Under the pieces are notes generated by a model. The model worked only from the letters and a program-made list of their open reading frames with translations, ran no database searches and was not told the DNA's origin. Both the position numbers and the translations under genes were made by a program. A stretch of 64,000 bases of DNA from Candidatus Eiseniibacteriota bacterium (GTDB lineage: Bacteria > Eisenbacteria > RBG-16-71-46 > SZUA-252), in the NCBI GenBank assembly GCA_005893265.1, contig VBOX01000085.1, positions 5,017 through 69,016 of the forward strand, written 5' to 3'. How positions within the stretch are numbered: position 1 is the first letter of the stretch; each line of letters opens with the position of its first letter. Shown here piece after piece: positions 7,692 to 16,773 of this stretch.

Positions 7692-8912
7692 ATGCAGAAC
7701 TACGCGCTGACCCATGTTGGTGATGAAGTCCTCCTTCGCGATCTGGCGGCGATTGTGGTTCGAGATCGCGCCACCACGGCGACCCTCTTGGCCTGTATCG
7801 CCGAGGTCGACGCCCGCCGGTTGTATGTCCCGGCGGGCTACTCATCCATGCATGCCTATTGCGTGGGCGAGCTACGCCTGTCAGAGGATGCGGCAAAGAA
7901 ACGCATTCAGGCGGCTCGGGCGGCTCGGCAATTCCCGGCCATCTTCCATGCTATCGCTGAAGGCAGACTTCATTTGACTGGGGTCTGCCTGCTTGCGCCG
8001 TATCTCACGACGGAAAACGCGAGGGGATTGATCGAGTCAGCGACCCACAAGCGCAAGACCGAAATCGAGGAGCTGCTTGCGAGGCACTTTCAGCTTCCAG
8101 ACGTGCGAGTGCGGCCCACGACACCAATTCATTCGGAGCTCCAGCTGGATGTGCCATCGCATAGCGGAGGAGATCCCGCACACGACGACAGCGCGCTCAG
8201 CCAAGGTGCGCCAGAGCACATCCCTAAATTACAAAGTGCGGTGCTACCTACTACCGCCGAGCGATTTCTCATGCAGCTCATTATTGCCAAGAGCACCCAC
8301 GACAAGCTACTGCACGCCCAAGCTTTACTGAGCCATGCCCTCCCCACCGGAGATGTTGCGCAGGTGCTCGACCGGGCGCTTGATGCTCTGATCGCACAGC
8401 TCGAGAAGCGCAAGCTCGGGGTCGTCACCCGTCGGCCTCGACGATCGACTGCAGGAAATCGCCCGGCCCCCCGGGGCCGCTACGTCCCGGCCCCTGTCCG
8501 GCGCGCCGTCTGGGAGCGGGATCGGGGTCAATGCACCTTCGTGAGCGCGAGCGGGACCCGCTGCACGGCACGCCGCTTCCTGGAATTCGACCATGTCGAC
8601 CCCGTGGCGCTAGGGGGACAGGCGTCCGTAGATCGAATGCGGCTGCGATGCCGCGCCCATAACCAGTACGAAGCCGAGCGGGTGTTCGGCGCGCGTTTCA
8701 TGAGACGAAAGCGACACGATGCACGGCTCGCGGCGGCAGAAGGAAGCGCGCGGCCCTCCAAAGAGCACACCGAGGCCGTGTTGGCCGGCCTACGCGTCCT
8801 CGGATGTAAGGCCAACGAGGCGCGCCGTGCGGTTGCGTTATCGGAAACCATCCCAGGCACCACGCTCGAGGAGCGCATGCGGCTCGCTCTCAAATCTCTC
8901 CGACCAGGGTGA
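7692..8912 (+). CDS. HNH endonuclease of the DUF222 (13E12-like) family with a RuvA-C-like tail
   Basis: An N-terminal DUF222-like region is followed by an HNH motif (C..C....FLEFDHVDP....G......L.C..HN). The C-terminal segment (EAVLAGLRVLGCKANEARRAV) resembles RuvA domain III. The 5' third of the gene is visibly AT-richer. Confidence 0.7.
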   Translation: MQNYALTHVGDEVLLRDLAAIVVRDRATTATLLACIAEVDARRLYVPAGYSSMHAYCVGELRLSEDAAKKRIQAARAARQFPAIFHAIAEGRLHLTGVCLLAPYLTTENARGLIESATHKRKTEIEELLARHFQLPDVRVRPTTPIHSELQLDVPSHSGGDPAHDDSALSQGAPEHIPKLQSAVLPTTAERFLMQLIIAKSTHDKLLHAQALLSHALPTGDVAQVLDRALDALIAQLEKRKLGVVTRRPRRSTAGNRPAPRGRYVPAPVRRAVWERDRGQCTFVSASGTRCTARRFLEFDHVDPVALGGQASVDRMRLRCRAHNQYEAERVFGARFMRRKRHDARLAAAEGSARPSKEHTEAVLAGLRVLGCKANEARRAVALSETIPGTTLEERMRLALKSLRPG

Positions 8913-8919
8913 TATTCGC

Positions 8920-11337
8920 ATGAAGACCAATCCCGTACGTTCGAGCCAGCAAGTCGGCCTAGGGGATCTGCTCGAACCTCAGCCGCGGCAGGCGGCGTCA
9001 CCCGCCGTCGAGTCGATCGAGGAATTCAAGACGCTCCTTCTCTCGCTGCAAGACGCTCGCGGCCGCGGCGAGCCCGAGCTGGTGCGCGCCCAGAGCCTGC
9101 CCGCTCGCCCTGCCCGCTACGGAGAGCTGGCCGAGCCGCTGCCTCGTGCGCTCGCGCACGTCCTCGATGCGCAGGGGATCGGGCGGCTCTACTCGCACCA
9201 GGCCGAGGCGATCGATCGCGCGCGCGCGGGGAAACACGTGGTGGTCGCGACCGGCACCGCCTCGGGGAAGTCGCTCGGGTATCACATTCCCGTTCTTGAG
9301 CGGCTCCTCCTCGAGAGGGAGGCCACCGCGCTCTACCTCTTCCCCACGAAGGCGCTCGCGCAGGATCAGCTCCGGGGGCTGCATCGCTTTGCGGACGCCT
9401 CGCGCGAGCTCGCCCTTGCCCTCGCGACCGGCACGTACGACGGCGATACGCCCGCCCCGGCGCGCCGGAAGCTTCGCGAGCGCGGGAACGCCATCCTCAC
9501 GAATCCCGACATGCTCCACCAGGGAATCCTGCCTTACCACGCGCGGTGGAGCAGGTTCCTCTCGAATCTGCGCTTTGTCGTCGTCGATGAGGTGCACACC
9601 TATCGGGGCATCTTCGGGTCTCACGTCGCGAACGTGCTCCGCCGCTTGAGGCGCATCGCCCGCCATTACGGCGCCGAGCCCCAATTCCTTCTCTCCTCGG
9701 CGACCGTCCGGAATCCACAAGAGCTGGCCGAGATTTTGGTGGGAGACGATGTCCACATCGTGGACAACGACGGCTCGCCGCGGGGCCCGAAACTCTTCGT
9801 CCTCTGGAACCCGCGCACCTTCGGCCCCGATTCGCCCGAGCGGCGAAGCGCCTCCGTCGATGCGGAGCGGATCCTGGTGGCCCTCATGAAGCGCGGGGTC
9901 CAGTCCATCGTCTTCACCAAAGCGCGCGTCGTCGCCGAGCTGATCTACCGCTACGCCCGCGAGCGGCTGGAGCGTGAGTCGCGGGGCCTGGCGGATCTCT
10001 TGAGCCCCTATAGAGGCGGGTACCTGCCCGAAGAAAGACGCGCGATCGAGCGACGGTTGTTCGACGGAGAGCTGCGCGGCGTCATATCGACCAACGCGCT
10101 CGAGCTTGGGATCGACGTCGGCTCGCTCGATGCCTCCATCCTCGTGGGATTCCCGAACACGATCGCGAGCACGTGGCAACAGGCGGGGCGCTCGGGCCGA
10201 AAGCAGGCGCCTTCGCTCGCGGTCGTGGTCGCATACGAGGACCCGGTCGACCAGTACCTCATGAGGCATCCTTCCTACTTCTTCGGCCAGTCGCCGGAAA
10301 ACGCGGTCCTGGATCCCGAGAACCCCTACGTGCTTGCCTCGCAGCTCTCGTGCGCCGCCTACGAGCTTCCTTTGAGGGAGGAGGACGAAGCGGTTTTCGG
10401 TCGCCGCGCCACGGCGATCGCCGAGCTTCTCGAGGAGGAAGGCTCGTTCAAGTCGCTCGACGGGCTCCGCTACTGGTCCTCCGCGGAGTACCCGGCGGGG
10501 AAGGTGAATCTGCGAACGATCTCGGACGACACATTCACCATCCTCGACCAGACGCGCGAGAACGCGGTCCTGGGCACGGTCGATTCGATCAGCGCGCCGG
10601 AGCTGTTGTATCCAGAAGCGATCTATCTTCACGAAGGCGACACCTATTTCGTCCGCGATCTTGATTTGAAGCAAAAGATTGCCTACGTCGAGCCGCGAGG
10701 GGTGGACTACTACACACAACCCGTGCTCGACACGCACTTGAAGCTCGAGGAGACGCGCGAATCGAAGAAGCTCGGAGGCGAGACGATCGGACTCGGGCCG
10801 GCGGCGGTTTCGTGGGCGACCGTCGCGATGAAGAAGATCCGGTTCCGGAGCCTCGACGCCATCGGCTATCACCCGCTGGATCTTCCACGGCAGAAGCTGG
10901 ACACCGTGGCGCTCTGGATCCAGCCGGGAGAGGGAACGCGAAATCAGGTCAAGATCGCCGGAATGAACCCGCGCGAGGGGATGTCGGGACTTCGCAACCT
11001 TCTCATCACTATTCTTCCGCTTCACGTCATGTGCGACCGGCCCGACATCGGCGGGATCCTGGACAGTGCGAATCTTGGAGAGCCCACGATTTTCATCTAC
11101 GACCGGTATCCGGGCGGACTGGGGTACGCCGAGCGCGGGTACGCGATCATCGGGGAGCTTTTGAGCGCTTCGCTCCGGCTGGTCGAGGACTGCCCGTGCG
11201 AGCTGGGATGTCCCTCCTGTGTCGGGCTACCTGTGCTGCGCCCCGCCCAACAGCAGGACCCGGATCTTTACGGAGGCTGGCCGATCCCGAGCAAGGCGGC
11301 GACCGTAGCGCTGCTGCGGCGGATGCTCGGCCGGTGA
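8920..11337 (+). CDS. mrfA: DEXH-box helicase with C-terminal DUF1998 zinc-finger domain (MrfA/YprA-like)
   Basis: Walker A (GTASGKS), a DEVH box (VVVDEVHTY) and helicase C motifs (QQAGRSGR) are present. The C-terminal Cys cluster DCPCELGCPSCVG is typical of DUF1998. The start is set at MKTNPV (ATG 8920), in frame with the longer track ORF. Confidence 0.8.
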   Translation: MKTNPVRSSQQVGLGDLLEPQPRQAASPAVESIEEFKTLLLSLQDARGRGEPELVRAQSLPARPARYGELAEPLPRALAHVLDAQGIGRLYSHQAEAIDRARAGKHVVVATGTASGKSLGYHIPVLERLLLEREATALYLFPTKALAQDQLRGLHRFADASRELALALATGTYDGDTPAPARRKLRERGNAILTNPDMLHQGILPYHARWSRFLSNLRFVVVDEVHTYRGIFGSHVANVLRRLRRIARHYGAEPQFLLSSATVRNPQELAEILVGDDVHIVDNDGSPRGPKLFVLWNPRTFGPDSPERRSASVDAERILVALMKRGVQSIVFTKARVVAELIYRYARERLERESRGLADLLSPYRGGYLPEERRAIERRLFDGELRGVISTNALELGIDVGSLDASILVGFPNTIASTWQQAGRSGRKQAPSLAVVVAYEDPVDQYLMRHPSYFFGQSPENAVLDPENPYVLASQLSCAAYELPLREEDEAVFGRRATAIAELLEEEGSFKSLDGLRYWSSAEYPAGKVNLRTISDDTFTILDQTRENAVLGTVDSISAPELLYPEAIYLHEGDTYFVRDLDLKQKIAYVEPRGVDYYTQPVLDTHLKLEETRESKKLGGETIGLGPAAVSWATVAMKKIRFRSLDAIGYHPLDLPRQKLDTVALWIQPGEGTRNQVKIAGMNPREGMSGLRNLLITILPLHVMCDRPDIGGILDSANLGEPTIFIYDRYPGGLGYAERGYAIIGELLSASLRLVEDCPCELGCPSCVGLPVLRPAQQQDPDLYGGWPIPSKAATVALLRRMLGR

Positions 11338-12221
11338 TCTCCTCCACGCTTCGGCAACGGATCGGGGAGATGCTCCGCGGCGAGGCTGCAGCTGGTCGCG
11401 CTGGCACGACGCTTGACCCCGCCGTGCGCCGTCCGCGCGAGCAGCGGATCGTACCCACTTCGATCGAGGACATCCTTCCCGGGGGCATGTTGATCGGTCG
11501 GGAGGGAGCCGTCTTCGTTCACGAACGGCTCTACACGGAGCTGAACGAGCGCCCGACCCCTCTGCTCAAAAAGTACGAGCAGATCGGGAGGCTGCCGGAC
11601 CCCGACGAGGCTCCCGTGCCCCACACGCTCCCTGAAGCGATCGAGGCGCTGGATCCGCCCGAGCGAGGACTCTTCCGGAAGTTCGGGCATCGCCGTATGC
11701 TGTTCCTCGATATCGAGACGTGCGGGCTTCAGTCGCAGCCTGTCTTTCTCGTCGGGCTCTGTCATGTCGGGGAGAGGAATCTCGTCTTGAGGCAGCTCTT
11801 CGCCCGCGACTACGCCGAGGAGCGTTCCCTGATCGCGGAGGTGGAGCGGGTTCTGGGCGAGCACGATTTTCTCGTCACCTACAATGGGAAGACCTTCGAC
11901 CTTCCGTTCCTGCGCCACCGCGCCGTGTACCACCGGCTGCGCTTCGAGACCCGGATCCCGCACCTGGACCTTCTCTGGATGGTGAGGCGCCGATGGAAGG
12001 ATCGTCTGCCCGATTGCAGACTCAAGACGCTCGAATGGCGCGTGCTGCGACGCCTGCGAGCAGGGGACATCGACGGCTCCGAGATTCCCGGCGCCTATCA
12101 CGAGTACGTGAAGCACGGCCAGCCGCACCGGCTCCTCCCTGTGTTCCACCACAACCTGCTCGATGTGGTCGCGATGGTTGAGCTTCTTCCGAGGCTCTTC
12201 GAGCCGGAGGAGGAGAGGTGA
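11334..12221 (+). CDS. mrfB: DEDDh 3'-5' exonuclease, RNase H-like (MrfB/YprB-like)
   Basis: Exo motifs I (FLDIETCGL), II (YNGKTFDLPFL) and III (HHNLLDVVAM) are present. The in-frame GTG at 11334 overlaps the helicase TGA (GTGA coupling); the alternative ATG is at 11370. Confidence 0.65.
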   Translation: MISSTLRQRIGEMLRGEAAAGRAGTTLDPAVRRPREQRIVPTSIEDILPGGMLIGREGAVFVHERLYTELNERPTPLLKKYEQIGRLPDPDEAPVPHTLPEAIEALDPPERGLFRKFGHRRMLFLDIETCGLQSQPVFLVGLCHVGERNLVLRQLFARDYAEERSLIAEVERVLGEHDFLVTYNGKTFDLPFLRHRAVYHRLRFETRIPHLDLLWMVRRRWKDRLPDCRLKTLEWRVLRRLRAGDIDGSEIPGAYHEYVKHGQPHRLLPVFHHNLLDVVAMVELLPRLFEPEEER

Positions 12222-12676
12222 AGCAAATCCGACTAGTAATTCTTGTCCTGGTTACTCTATTCGCGGGGTGCTCGGAGCAGCGATCAGGGTCACCCGTATC
12301 GAAGGCCCCCGACTCAACTAAGGCAGGTGGTCCCGCCGAAGATTGGTTGGCAACCACTAGGAGAGAGCGCGCGCTGAGTCCGCACCCCATACCGCAGTCG
12401 GATGTCGATCGCCTCAGGAGCCTCGGTTTCAAGAACCCAATCCGAGACATCATTGCGGACCTTCAAAGACACCCGGAGGTATTGCCGTTCCAGCCTCCGA
12501 AGGGTGGGAGCCGATTCGGGTTTTACGATTCGACCCAGATTCGGATCCTAACGGACGACTGGGTATACGCATACACTGAGGACGGCCATGTTGCGCGGCC
12601 GGTTCTGTTGAGATACCGGGTCCAAGAAGGCGGTCAAATTGAATGGAAGGTCATCGCGACGGATGGCGGCGAGTAG
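12218..12676 (+). CDS. Hypothetical lipoprotein
   Basis: Signal peptide plus lipobox (LFAGCS). Starts at an ATGA overlap with the exonuclease stop. AT-richer composition. Confidence 0.45.
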   Translation: MKQIRLVILVLVTLFAGCSEQRSGSPVSKAPDSTKAGGPAEDWLATTRRERALSPHPIPQSDVDRLRSLGFKNPIRDIIADLQRHPEVLPFQPPKGGSRFGFYDSTQIRILTDDWVYAYTEDGHVARPVLLRYRVQEGGQIEWKVIATDGGE

Positions 12677-12813
12677 TTCCATGGTCGACCCTGGATAGAA
12701 CTACTTGACCTGTCGATTCCGGGAACCCTCGTTCGTCGCATAGGTAGATGCGGAGGTACTACAGACCGAAATGAGGCCCGGGCGTTGACCGATGGGCCCG
12801 TTGGGCTTGAGAG

Positions 12814-12845
12814 CCTAAGACCCTAGGACCCTAGGACCCTAAGAC
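12814..12845. repeat. Tandem octamer repeat (CCTARGAC x4: CCTAAGAC CCTAGGAC CCTAGGAC CCTAAGAC)
   Basis: Read directly from the sequence. Lies 27 bp upstream of the ATG at 12873 and just 5' of the AAGGAGGA RBS. Units contain the CCTAGG palindrome. Confidence 0.6.
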
Positions 12846-12872
12846 TTTGTATCCTGAACAAGGAGGATCACA

Positions 12873-13373
12873 ATGAAAGCAATCAACCCCTGCTTGTGGT
12901 TCGACAACCAAGCCGAAGAAGCCGCGCGTTTTTACACCTCCATTTTCAAGGATTCCAAGATTGGGACCATTACCCGCTATGGAGATTCGGCGGCAGCGGC
13001 CGCCGGAAGGCCGAAGGGATCGGTGATGACCGTGACCTTCAAGCTCGATGGCCAGGAGTTCATGGCGCTGAACGGCGGCCCGATCTTCAAGTTCTCGGAG
13101 GCGATTTCGTTGATGGTGAACTGCGAAACGCAGGAAGAGATTGACCACTTCTGGACGAAGCTTTCGGAAGGTGGAGAAGAAGGGCCGTGCGGTTGGCTCA
13201 AGGACAAATTCGGCCTTTCCTGGCAAATCGTTCCCGCGATCATGGCCGAATGGATGAAGGACAGGGATACCACCCGATCCGAGAGGGTGATGGAGGCTCT
13301 CCTCAAGATGAAGAAGCTCGACATTAACGCCTTGAAGCAAGCGTACGAGGGCGAAAAGGCCGGAGTCCGCTGA
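12873..13373 (+). CDS. VOC-superfamily protein, PhnB / 3-demethylubiquinone-9 3-methyltransferase-domain type
   Basis: MKAINPCLWFDNQAEEAARFYTSIF...V.F.L.GQ.F.ALNGGP...F.EAIS are hallmarks of the PF06983 glyoxalase-like family. A strong RBS is present. Confidence 0.75.
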   Translation: MKAINPCLWFDNQAEEAARFYTSIFKDSKIGTITRYGDSAAAAAGRPKGSVMTVTFKLDGQEFMALNGGPIFKFSEAISLMVNCETQEEIDHFWTKLSEGGEEGPCGWLKDKFGLSWQIVPAIMAEWMKDRDTTRSERVMEALLKMKKLDINALKQAYEGEKAGVR

Positions 13374-13719
13374 CGGGGACCGCCAGCCCGGCCATCTGAC
13401 GCCGTCAGCGATTCGTCGCACGGGGGCCACCCGAGAGGCGTCTAGACGAAGTCAGATGCACGCTCGCCCAACGGCACGCGGTTTGCAAAGCCGCAGTATT
13501 GTGCCGCGGCCGGTGCGCCCCTGCTTGCGTGACGAGCACGCGGATCACGACCCGCTGGATGGGTAAGCCCGTGGACGGGGTGGTCGGAGGGGGAGGTGGA
13601 CGGCGCGGTGGAACCCGGCGCCGTCGCTCCCAGGGTGTGGTGGAGGGACCGCGCCTTGAGGTGTTGGGAAGCATCGTCCGCGACGGCCCCGGTCCACGCG
13701 GGACCGAACGAAGACTGGA

Positions 13720-13768
13720 AGGGCCCGGCGCCCACACATCTGCCTGAGCCGGGCCCTCTGTCTTTTTC
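13720..13768 (+). terminator. Rho-independent terminator-like hairpin (10-bp GC stem AGGGCCCGGC/GCCGGGCCCT, 18-nt loop, then CTGTCTTTTTC)
   Basis: Perfect inverted repeat read from the sequence, followed by a T-tract. Lies about 350 nt downstream of the gene ending at 13373. Confidence 0.5.
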
Positions 13769-13787
13769 GAGGCAGTGCCGTGCGGGC

Positions 13788-13931
13788 GGCCCGTCGCCGC
13801 GAGGCCCGGCCCGTCGCCGCGGGGCCCGGCCCGTCGCCGCAGCCTGGCCCGTCGCCGCGGGGCTCGGCCCGTCGCCGCGAGGCTCAGCCCGTCGCCGCAG
13901 CCTGGCCCGTCGCCGCGGGGCCCGGCCGCAG
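13788..13931. repeat. Tandem direct repeat, about 7 copies of a ~18-20-bp unit (GCCCGTCGCCGCGRGGCYCG)
   Basis: GCCCGTCGCCGC recurs every 18-20 nt. It sits between the convergent genes ending at 13373 (+) and 13937 (-). The track ORFs that span it encode reiterated low-complexity peptide and are judged non-coding. Confidence 0.6.
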
Positions 13932-13936
13932 TGCTT

Positions 13937-15994
13937 CTAGTAGACCCGTACCGGGAGAATCACCATGGGTAAGCCATGGAACGCGAGCCGCCGCTGCAGC
14001 GCGGGACAGGTCTGGTTGTGGAGCCAGCGGACGATCGCTCCTTCCTTCTGGAACACGAGCTGGCCGCCGAACGTGACCGAGCGCGGGTAGTCCTTGCTCG
14101 CCTCGAGGCAGAGCGCCTCCAGCTCGTCCACGATGTCGGTTCCGATCGAGTAGCGATACTCGGCTGGGATCCCCAGCTTCCGCGCGAAGTCGACGTACTT
14201 TTGCAGCTCCCTCTCGGTGCTCGTCCGCAATGACTCGATCTCGTCCGCCCCCTTGAACCTTCCTGAATCGATCGCGCCCACCGATATGAAGACGATCTGC
14301 TTGAACTGATTCGGGAAGATCCGGAACTGGTTCAAGAGCGAGTGGATGCCCAGCCCTCCGAAATTCGTCACCGTCAGGATCGCGGTCTGCGCGTGTCGCT
14401 GCATGGGGGCGGCCGTGGGCTCGCCCCGGGGGAGCGGAACCGTGGTCAGCGTGTCGTCCAGGCGGTGCAGGCTTTGCGCGGTCCGGATGTAATGCCGCCG
14501 GATCGCGACGCAGCACATCGCGAGGATCGTCGTGACCAGCAGCGTGGCCCAGCCTCCCTCACTGAATTTGAATCCAACCGTTCCGATCAGGAGTAGGCCG
14601 GTGACGAGGAACCCGAGGCCGCTCACCGTCAGAGGCTGGCGCCAAGGCTTACCCTCGCGTCTCAAGTTCAATGCGTCGCGAATCATCCCCAGCTGCGCGA
14701 GCGAGAACGTGAGAAAGACGTTGATGCTGTAGAGTACGACGAGAACGTGCACAGCCCCGCCGGTGATGGCGAGGACGGCGGCGGCGGCGATCCCCATGAA
14801 CATGACGCCGTTCGAGCTGACCAGCCGCTCGGAAAGGTTGGCGAACCGCGACGGGACCCAGCGGTCGAGCGCCATGTAGACGAGGACCCGGGGTCCGCCG
14901 AGAAAACCGGTTTGCGCCGCGACGAAGAGCAGGGCGCCCGCCGAAAGCAGGACGATGGCTACGAGGGCGCTCCCAAGATGGCTCCCGGGTGGAAAGAGCT
15001 GCCCGGCCACCGCGTACCACAGCACTGCGTTCAGGGTCTTTCCCGGAACCGGGTGAACCTGGTACAGCAGATACCCGAACAGGATTCCCCCGGCGATGAA
15101 CGCGAGCGAGAACGCCATGTACCGCATCGTCGCTTTCGCCGTCTCGACCTTCGGCTCGCGCAGCATCGGCACGCCGTTGCTCACCGCCTCGATCCCTGTG
15201 TAGGTGCCGCCGCCCAGCGTGAAGGCTCGGAAAAGCAGCATGAGGAGCGCGATCCACCCGGTCTCTTGCACCGCCCGGCTTGATTGCTCCCGCAGATGAT
15301 TCACCTCGACGGGGATCTGGTGGAGGTTCAAGACGACCGCGGCCACGATCGCCCCCACGTGGCTCACGATGAAGATCAGGAAGATGGGGGAGATGACCGC
15401 GACCGACTCGCGGACGCCCCGCAAGTTCAGCAGGGTGAGCGCCCCGAGAAGGAGAAACGTGAACGGGATCCTGAGCGCCTGCAGCGAGGGCGGAAACAAG
15501 CTGAAGATCGACTCGGAGCAGCTCGCGAGCGAGATCGCGATCGTGAGCACGTAATCGACGAGGAGGGCGGTCCCGGACATGAGGCCGGCCCCCGGGCCGA
15601 GAAGCTTCGTCGCGACGACGTACCCGCCGCCTCCCGCGGGAAAGCGCTCGATGATCCGCATGTAGCTGACCGCGATGACAACGACCGTGAAGGCGGTGAG
15701 GATCGAGAGCGGGATCGCGAGAAACGTGTTTTCCCCTAGCGCGCGGAACGCGGCTTCGGGACCGTAGGCCGACGACGAGAGCCCGTCCGCGCCCAAACCG
15801 ACCCAAGCCAGAAACGCCGCGAGCGAGATTTTATGGAATAGTTGGGGATCCGTGATCCGGCGCGCGGGCCCTACGACGATCTCGAACGCGCGCTGGAGGA
15901 ACCGCGTCACGCGGGAGACCTGGACCGGCCCTCCCTGGTCGGGAGGTAGCTCGGGGATGCTGGGCGTGGGTCCTTCCGGCAGGTGCTCAGCCAT
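13937..15994 (-). CDS. APC-superfamily transporter with a C-terminal cytoplasmic domain (possibly KimA-like)
   Basis: 685-aa ORF with about 12 TM helices of amino-acid/polyamine/organocation-type topology, plus a soluble C-terminal domain of about 180 aa. Any KimA (K+ importer) relationship is inferred from the architecture only. Confidence 0.65.
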   Translation of the reverse strand: MAEHLPEGPTPSIPELPPDQGGPVQVSRVTRFLQRAFEIVVGPARRITDPQLFHKISLAAFLAWVGLGADGLSSSAYGPEAAFRALGENTFLAIPLSILTAFTVVVIAVSYMRIIERFPAGGGGYVVATKLLGPGAGLMSGTALLVDYVLTIAISLASCSESIFSLFPPSLQALRIPFTFLLLGALTLLNLRGVRESVAVISPIFLIFIVSHVGAIVAAVVLNLHQIPVEVNHLREQSSRAVQETGWIALLMLLFRAFTLGGGTYTGIEAVSNGVPMLREPKVETAKATMRYMAFSLAFIAGGILFGYLLYQVHPVPGKTLNAVLWYAVAGQLFPPGSHLGSALVAIVLLSAGALLFVAAQTGFLGGPRVLVYMALDRWVPSRFANLSERLVSSNGVMFMGIAAAAVLAITGGAVHVLVVLYSINVFLTFSLAQLGMIRDALNLRREGKPWRQPLTVSGLGFLVTGLLLIGTVGFKFSEGGWATLLVTTILAMCCVAIRRHYIRTAQSLHRLDDTLTTVPLPRGEPTAAPMQRHAQTAILTVTNFGGLGIHSLLNQFRIFPNQFKQIVFISVGAIDSGRFKGADEIESLRTSTERELQKYVDFARKLGIPAEYRYSIGTDIVDELEALCLEASKDYPRSVTFGGQLVFQKEGAIVRWLHNQTCPALQRRLAFHGLPMVILPVRVY

Positions 15995-16049
15995 GCAAGG
16001 CGTGGACTATATAGGGAAAAGTGAATCCGGGCCACAGCCGGAAATAGTT

Positions 16050-16077
16050 CGCCCCGGCGAAGGTGCGCGCCGGGGCG
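16050..16077 (-). terminator. Hairpin (CGCCCCGGCG / CGCCGGGGCG, 8-nt loop) downstream of the csp gene
   Basis: Perfect 10-bp inverted repeat 27 nt past the csp stop codon. Only a weak T-run (CTATTTCC) follows on the minus strand. Confidence 0.4.
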
Positions 16078-16103
16078 GCATTCTATCGATGAATGGGACG
16101 GCT

Positions 16104-16307
16104 TTACACCGTCGTCACGTTGGCTGCTTGTTTGCCCTTCGGGCCCTCGACGATCTCAAACTCCACCGCCTGCCCCTCCGCGAGGGTCTTGAAGCCCTCG
16201 CCCTGGATGGCCGAGTAGTGTACGAACACGTCCTCGCCGCCCGGCTGCTGGATGAAGCCAAATCCCTTCGACTCATTGAACCACTTCACGGTTCCGCGCT
16301 TGCGCAT
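16104..16307 (-). CDS. cspA: Cold-shock protein (CspA family)
   Basis: Starts [19 protein letters not shown] with RNP1/RNP2 motifs. Strong RBS GGAGGAGG. The longer track ORF (to 16412) is an upstream in-frame extension lacking an RBS. Confidence 0.85.
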   Translation of the reverse strand: MRKRGTVKWFNESKGFGFIQQPGGEDVFVHYSAIQGEGFKTLAEGQAVEFEIVEGPKGKQAANVTTV

Positions 16308-16773
16308 TGAATCTTCACCTCCTCCCGATTGCGGCTGCTTCGAGCTGAGACACAAGCCGATAGAGAGGCCCCGGGCCGATGCCCATTCGCGCGCGTGTGG
16401 GCCGCTCCGCATCGTGAGGCTCCGGCACCCTCGTCATTTGTCTTTTTCTAGGGGATTGCTTCAGCGTATCGACACCGATCGATGCTTTGAACCTTGCCGC
16501 GTGCCAGCGCTGAAGCCGAGATCCTAATGCGAGGCAACACCATTGCAGGTTTCCAAAGCGAGCCTTGACTGGCCGTTCTTGCCGGCCCGAAGACGCGCGT
16601 ACGTTAGCCTCGTAACGGTAGCGTGTCAACGTAAACTTGGCTCGACCGTCGCCCGGCGGTGTACGATTAGGACACCGCCCGTCGCCCGCGATTCTTGACC
16701 GCGCCACGCCAGCGCCGTAACGTGCGCCTCATACGAGAGAAACACCCAAACCGGTAACGCACCAGGAGGTCGA

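Noticed and set aside
8998-11025. 675-aa minus-strand ORF antisense to the helicase gene
   Set aside because: The helicase on the plus strand has unambiguous motifs. The antisense ORF is a GC-rich frame artefact.
13596-14076. Several 65-114-aa ORFs encoding reiterated Pro/Ala/Arg-rich peptide across the tandem repeat
   Set aside because: They are generated by the ~20-bp tandem DNA repeat in every frame, with no start context. Treated as a non-coding repeat, and not CRISPR because there are no unique spacers.
14649-15806. 385-aa minus-strand ORF in an alternative frame within the APC transporter gene
   Set aside because: The other frame (13937-15994) encodes a coherent 12-TM transporter. This frame is Arg/Gly-rich.
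16104-16412. Long form (102 aa) of the csp ORF
   Set aside because: The Csp domain starts at MRKRGTVKW with a perfect RBS directly upstream. The 35 extra N-terminal codons have no RBS and an atypical composition.
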